A stretch of 52,274 nt of DNA. Source: an uncultured beta proteobacterium. Lineage in GTDB: Bacteria > Pseudomonadota > Gammaproteobacteria > Burkholderiales > Burkholderiaceae_C. The position numbers and the translations under genes are program-made. The notes under the pieces are model-generated. The model saw nothing but the letters and a program-made list of their open reading frames with translations, searched no databases and had not been told where the DNA came from. The stretch spans positions 1 through 52,274 of the forward strand of contig CAITXW010000257.1 of NCBI GenBank assembly GCA_903896425.1. The letters are read 5' to 3'. Shown piece by piece: positions 47,779-52,274 of this stretch (position 1 is its first letter; each line of letters starts with the position of its first letter).

Positions 47779-48594
47779 TCAGGCTTTTCCGAACTCGTCG
47801 CCCAGTTCCTGGGCCCGGCGCCGCGCCGCGTACAGGGCGTTGATGAAGACGGCTTGCATGTCGTCTTCTTCCATGGAACAGATGGCGGCGTCGGTCGTGC
47901 CGCCTTTGGATGTGACGCGCTGGCGCAAAACCTTGGGTGGTTCGCCGGAGCTGCGCACCAGTTCACCGGCGCCAATGAAGGTGGCCACCGCCAACTGTTG
48001 TGCTTGCTCGCGCGTCAGTCCCATCTCGGCGCCAGCCGTGGTCATGGCTTCCATGAAATAAAAGGCGTAGGCCGGGCCGGAGCCGGACAGCGCCGTCACG
48101 ACATCGAGCTTCTCTTCCACATCAAGCCAGAGCAGTTCGCCAGTGCTGGCCATCACCTTTGTGACTTGCTGTTTCTCCGCTGCCGTGACAGCGGGTCGTG
48201 CAAACAGGGCGCTGATGCCTTTGCCAATCAGGGCCGGCGTATTGGGCATTGCGCGCACCACGCGCTGGGTGTCCAGCCAGGTCACGATGCTGTCACTGCG
48301 AATGCCCGCTGCCACGCTCAGGTGCAAGGCCTTCTGTGTGTGGGGGCGCACGGGCAGCGCAGCCTCGCGGAAGGATTGCGGCTTGACGGCCCAGATCACC
48401 ATGGCGGCCTGCTCCAGAAAGGCACCGGCCGCGGCCTGCGCGCTCACACCATAGCTGGCGTGCAGCTTGTCGCGGGTCTCGGCAAAGGGCTCGACCACAT
48501 CGATCTGGCTTGGTGCGTGCCCCTGGCCGATCAGGCCGCCAATGATGGCACTGGCCATGTTGCCGCCGCCAATGAATGCAATACGCTCGCTCAT
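47779..48594 (-). CDS. proC: Pyrroline-5-carboxylate reductase
   Basis: FIGGGNMA, AVKPQ, RAMPNTPA, SGSGPAY, VTSKGGTT. Confidence 0.96.
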   Translation of the reverse strand: MSERIAFIGGGNMASAIIGGLIGQGHAPSQIDVVEPFAETRDKLHASYGVSAQAAAGAFLEQAAMVIWAVKPQSFREAALPVRPHTQKALHLSVAAGIRSDSIVTWLDTQRVVRAMPNTPALIGKGISALFARPAVTAAEKQQVTKVMASTGELLWLDVEEKLDVVTALSGSGPAYAFYFMEAMTTAGAEMGLTREQAQQLAVATFIGAGELVRSSGEPPKVLRQRVTSKGGTTDAAICSMEEDDMQAVFINALYAARRRAQELGDEFGKA

Positions 48595-48615
48595 GTTTGT
48601 TCTTGCCTCAGGTTG

Positions 48616-50106
48616 TCAAAGCGCCGCCTGTCGGACGGCGTGTTCCCAGCGCGCCATCAATTCTTTGGCACGCTCTGGCGCCATTGTCGGCAAAAAATAT
48701 TTCTCCGCCTGCCAAAGACCACTCAGCTCGTCGGTGGTTTTGTAAACACCGCTTGCCAAGCCGGCCAAATAGGCTGCACCCAGCGCGGTGGTTTCGGTCA
48801 CGGCCGGTCGCACCACCGGTATGCCGAGCAAATCGGCCTGGAACTGCATCAACAGGTCGTTGACGCTAGCGCCGCCATCGACGCGCAATTCGGTGACGCC
48901 TGCATCTCCCGCTGCCAGCAGATCGCGGCTCATGGCTTGCAGCAGGGCGGCGCTTTGAAAAGCAATGCTCTCCAGCGCCGCGCGCGCGATATGGGCCAAG
49001 GTGCTGCCACGGGTCAAGCCGGTGATGGTGCCGCGTGCGTCGGGCTTCCAGTAGGGCGCGCCCAGTCCGGTGAAAGCCGGCACCAGCATGACGCCGCCGG
49101 CGTCGGGCACGGTTTCGGCCAGTGCCTGCACTTCAGCGCTACTCTGAATCGCACGCAGTCCGTCGCGCAGCCACTGCACCACGGCGCCGCCGACGAAGAC
49201 GCTACCCTCGGACGCGAACTCGGGCATCGTGCTGGTTTGCGCCGCGCTGGTGGCAATCAGGCCGTTGTCGGAGACCTGGAGTTTGTTGCCCGTGTGCATC
49301 AGCATGAAGCAACCCGTGCCATAGGTGTTCTTGCCCATGCCGGCCTTGAAGCAGGCCTGACCAAACAGCGCGCTTTGCTGGTCGCCAGCGACGCCGCCAA
49401 TTGGGATCGCGTGTCCCAGCAATTCAGGTGTCAGCTCGCCGTAGAGGGTGCTCGACGGTCTGACGCTGGGCATCATGCTGGCCGGGATGTCGAGCGCCCG
49501 CATCAGTTCGGCGTCCCACTGGTTGCTGTGGACGTTGAACAGCATGGTGCGCGAGGCGTTGCTGACATCGGTAGCGTGCACGGCGCCTTCGGTCAGACGC
49601 CAGATCAGCCAACTGTCGACCGTGCCAAACGCGAGTTCACCGTTGGCGGCCATCTGGCGCGCGCCTGGTACGTTGTCAAGCAGCCATTTGAGCTTGGTAC
49701 CGGAGAAGTAGGCGTCAACCAGCAAGCCGGTTTTGGCCTGGATCGTGCCGGCCAGGCCGCGCTCGCGTAATTCGACGCAGGCCGGTTCGGCGCGGCGGTC
49801 CTGCCAGACGATGGCGTTGTGGATTGGTAAACCGGTGGTGCGGTTCCAGACCACGGTGGTTTCGCGCTGGTTGGTGATGCCGATAGCACGCACCTGGCGC
49901 GCCGAGATGCCGGCCTTGAGCAAAGCCTCACGCGCTGTCGTCAACTGCGTGCGCCAGATTTCCTGAGGGTCGTGCTCAACCCAGCCCGGTTGCGGGTAGA
50001 TTTGCGTCACCTCCTGCTGTGCCAGGGCTTTGATCTTCCCATCGGGGGTGAAGACGATGCTGCGGGAGCTGGATGTGCCCTGATCCAGGGCAAGCAGATA
50101 GGTCAT
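48616..50106 (-). CDS. glpK: Glycerol kinase
   Basis: [42 protein letters not shown]. Confidence 0.96.
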   Translation of the reverse strand: MTYLLALDQGTSSSRSIVFTPDGKIKALAQQEVTQIYPQPGWVEHDPQEIWRTQLTTAREALLKAGISARQVRAIGITNQRETTVVWNRTTGLPIHNAIVWQDRRAEPACVELRERGLAGTIQAKTGLLVDAYFSGTKLKWLLDNVPGARQMAANGELAFGTVDSWLIWRLTEGAVHATDVSNASRTMLFNVHSNQWDAELMRALDIPASMMPSVRPSSTLYGELTPELLGHAIPIGGVAGDQQSALFGQACFKAGMGKNTYGTGCFMLMHTGNKLQVSDNGLIATSAAQTSTMPEFASEGSVFVGGAVVQWLRDGLRAIQSSAEVQALAETVPDAGGVMLVPAFTGLGAPYWKPDARGTITGLTRGSTLAHIARAALESIAFQSAALLQAMSRDLLAAGDAGVTELRVDGGASVNDLLMQFQADLLGIPVVRPAVTETTALGAAYLAGLASGVYKTTDELSGLWQAEKYFLPTMAPERAKELMARWEHAVRQAAL

Positions 50107-50171
50107 GGGCGTGTCTAAACTGGCAAATAATGCTTGCACTCACCAAGCAGCGACTTACAGAACTTTGACTC

Positions 50172-51779
50172 ATGGCTACTTTACCCCAGCCGGCCGTTAC
50201 CCACAGGGTCGAACTGCTCGCACGTCTGGCTAGCGAGCGTCACTACGACATCGCCATCGTGGGCGGTGGCGCAACCGGGCTGGGCGTCGCGCTGGACGCC
50301 GCCGCGCGTGGTTTCAAGGTGGTGCTGATCGAGTCGCATGATTTTGCGAAGGGCACTTCATCGCGTTCCACGAAACTGGTTCATGGTGGCGTGCGCTATC
50401 TGGCGCAAGGCAATATCTCGCTCGTGCGCGAGGCATTGCGGGAGCGCGCCACGCTGCTGAAAAACGCTCCCCATCTGGCACAGCCGCTGGCCTTTGTCAT
50501 GCCCTCCTACAAGTGGTGGGAAGCCCCTTTTTATGGTATCGGGCTCAAGATGTACGAAGCGCTGGCAGGCAAGGCAAGTCTGGGTGCCGCTGAATTCCTG
50601 AGTCGCGACGATGCACTTGCTTTGTTACCGATGGCGCAGCCACAAGGCCTGAAGGCCGGCGTTCGGTATTGGGACGGTCAGTTTAATGATGCCCGCCTGG
50701 CATTGGCGCTGGCGCGAACTGCCGCAGCGCAGGGCGCTTTGCTGTTGAACTATTGCCGGGCCGTCGACTTGATTTTCCAGGATGGAAAGATCGCCGGTCT
50801 GGTTTGTGAAGACACACTGACAGGGCAGCAGCACCGGATTCATGCACGGTGCGTGGTGAACGCCGCCGGCGTCTGGGTCGATGAACTCCGGCAGAAGGAT
50901 GGTGCAGCCAACAGCGGCGACGGCAGGCATCCGGTTAAACCGATGGTCGCGCCAAGTCAGGGTGTGCACATCGTTGTGGACCGGGAATTTCTGGGGGGCG
51001 AGTCAGCACTCATGGTGCCCAAGACAGCCGATGGGAGGGTGCTTTTTGCCGTGCCCTGGTTGGGCAAGGTCATCCTGGGTACCACTGATACGCCACGTCA
51101 TGACCTGGCGCGCGAGCCATTGCCATTTAAGGAAGAAGTCGATTTCATCCTGAAAGAATCGGCGCGCTACCTGCGCCACGCGCCCGATCGCGCCGATGTC
51201 AAGAGCATCTGGGTTGGCTTGCGGCCGCTCGTCAAGGCGCAGGGCGAGGATGGCGAGAACACCAAGGCCCTGAGCCGTGAGCACACGGTGTTGGTCAGTC
51301 GCAGCGGGCTGGTGACGGTGACCGGCGGCAAGTGGACGACCTACCGCTCCATGGCCGAGGACGTATTGCGCGTGTGCATTGAGCGTTCCTTGCTGGCTGA
51401 GAAGAAAAGCGGCGCAACCCTTCACTTGAAGTTGATTGGCGCAGGCGCTGCCGGGATGAGTTTCAGTTCACTGTGCAAGCCGCCGGGCATACATTCCTAC
51501 GGTGACGAACAGGCTTTTGTCACCGCTTTACCCGGCGCCGACCGGGAGTTGACGCCCGGTTTGACCGAGGCCATGGTTCGATTTGCCGCCCGCCATGAAT
51601 ACGCAGTCTGCGTGGAGGACGTGCTGGCGCGGCGCTCTCGTTTACTGTTTCTGGACGCGCGCTTGGCCGGCTCCCTGGCCGCGCAGGTCGCGGAAATCCT
51701 GTTTCAGGAGACAGGTTTGGACCCGCAAACCGGGTCATTTCTCGAGCTGGCGCAGCATTATTTGTGCTTGCCGGACTAA
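50172..51779 (+). CDS. glpD: FAD-dependent glycerol-3-phosphate dehydrogenase
   Basis: GGGATG, GTSSRSTKLVHGGVRYL, TGGKWTTYR; divergent from glpK. Confidence 0.93.
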   Translation: MATLPQPAVTHRVELLARLASERHYDIAIVGGGATGLGVALDAAARGFKVVLIESHDFAKGTSSRSTKLVHGGVRYLAQGNISLVREALRERATLLKNAPHLAQPLAFVMPSYKWWEAPFYGIGLKMYEALAGKASLGAAEFLSRDDALALLPMAQPQGLKAGVRYWDGQFNDARLALALARTAAAQGALLLNYCRAVDLIFQDGKIAGLVCEDTLTGQQHRIHARCVVNAAGVWVDELRQKDGAANSGDGRHPVKPMVAPSQGVHIVVDREFLGGESALMVPKTADGRVLFAVPWLGKVILGTTDTPRHDLAREPLPFKEEVDFILKESARYLRHAPDRADVKSIWVGLRPLVKAQGEDGENTKALSREHTVLVSRSGLVTVTGGKWTTYRSMAEDVLRVCIERSLLAEKKSGATLHLKLIGAGAAGMSFSSLCKPPGIHSYGDEQAFVTALPGADRELTPGLTEAMVRFAARHEYAVCVEDVLARRSRLLFLDARLAGSLAAQVAEILFQETGLDPQTGSFLELAQHYLCLPD

Positions 51780-51785
51780 ATATCC

Positions 51786-51814
51786 TTGACGGCCCCACGT
51801 AAGCCGTGCATAAT
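51786..51814 (+). promoter_or_regulatory. Sigma70 promoter of the spc (rplN) operon
   Basis: TTGACG-17 nt-CATAAT. Confidence 0.75.
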
Positions 51815-51973
51815 CAGCGGCTTCGCTTGAAAAAGTATGAAGTGTCTGCCCAGCGAAAGTGATGCAAGTGGTTTGCATCCCGGACGACGGGCCCAAGACT
51901 GACCGGAAAGCAACCGGCAACCGACTGCAGAGTTGGCTGTCCAAGGTTTCTGGTGCAAGTTGGGAAAATTGAA

Positions 51974-52274
51974 ATGATCCAAGTTGAATCTCGATTAGAA
52001 GTTGCCGACAACACCGGCGCAAAGTCTGTCCTCTGCATTAAGGTGCTGGGCGGATCCAAGCGCCGCTACGCAAGCGTTGGCGACGTTATCAAGGTAAGTA
52101 TCAAGGAAGCTGCTCCGCGCGGTCGCGTCAAAAAAGGCGAGATCTACAGTGCGGTAGTGGTTCGTACGGCCAAGGGCATCCGTCGTAGTGATGGCTCGCT
52201 GGTCAAATTCGATGGCAACGCTGCAGTGTTGCTGAACGCCAAATTGGAGCCAATTGGCACTCGTATCTTCGGCC
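51974..52274 (+). CDS. rplN: 50S ribosomal protein L14 (runs off window)
   Basis: [38 protein letters not shown] (absent from the ORF track because there is no stop in the window). Confidence 0.97.
   Translation, partial: MIQVESRLEVADNTGAKSVLCIKVLGGSKRRYASVGDVIKVSIKEAAPRGRVKKGEIYSAVVVRTAKGIRRSDGSLVKFDGNAAVLLNAKLEPIGTRIFG

Noticed and set aside
46975-49770. 931-aa plus-strand ORF
   Set aside because: Overlaps ubiA out of frame and lies antisense to proC and glpK; no motifs; a GC-rich shadow ORF
1-52274. CRISPR arrays, cas or defence genes, IS elements, prophage genes, rRNA
   Set aside because: No regularly spaced repeats or recognisable motifs seen; short or very divergent elements could be missed by eye

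Overview
GC-rich betaproteobacterial chromosome segment, Comamonadaceae/Rhodoferax-like by gene content (inference). Left part (1-10.7 kb): type IV minor pilin genes (pilE, fimT, start of pilV), a LapD/LapG c-di-GMP receptor-protease pair with a divergent TolC-OmpA (LapE/AggA-like) gene, lemA plus two TPM genes, and housekeeping genes ending in cytochrome c5. Middle (about 10.7-41.4 kb): an accessory block with no integrase. It holds fadD, hsp20, cfa, a DUF2934-like gene, a PAS hybrid kinase, response regulators, a second TolC-OmpA paralogue, a USP, a Crp/Fnr regulator lacking the N-terminal Cys cluster, a complete Tad/Flp pilus operon with an extra AAA+ ATPase, an Ig-like lipoprotein, a lone divergent glgC and several gene remnants. 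Right part: tRNA-Arg(CCG), USP, CBS, queA, recG, oxyR, ubiA, proC, glpK/glpD and the start of rplN. Main result: ten FNR/FixK-type 14-bp boxes (TTGnn-N4-nnCAA) lie outside intact genes from 12.7 to 42.1 kb. Seven sit exactly 21 nt before a -10 hexamer, and a perfect TTGAT-N4-ATCAA lies upstream of the flp pilin. This suggests a low-oxygen regulon linking stress/dormancy genes to Tad adhesion and a duplicated outer-membrane channel. Gene products are assigned from recognised motifs only; no database search was run.
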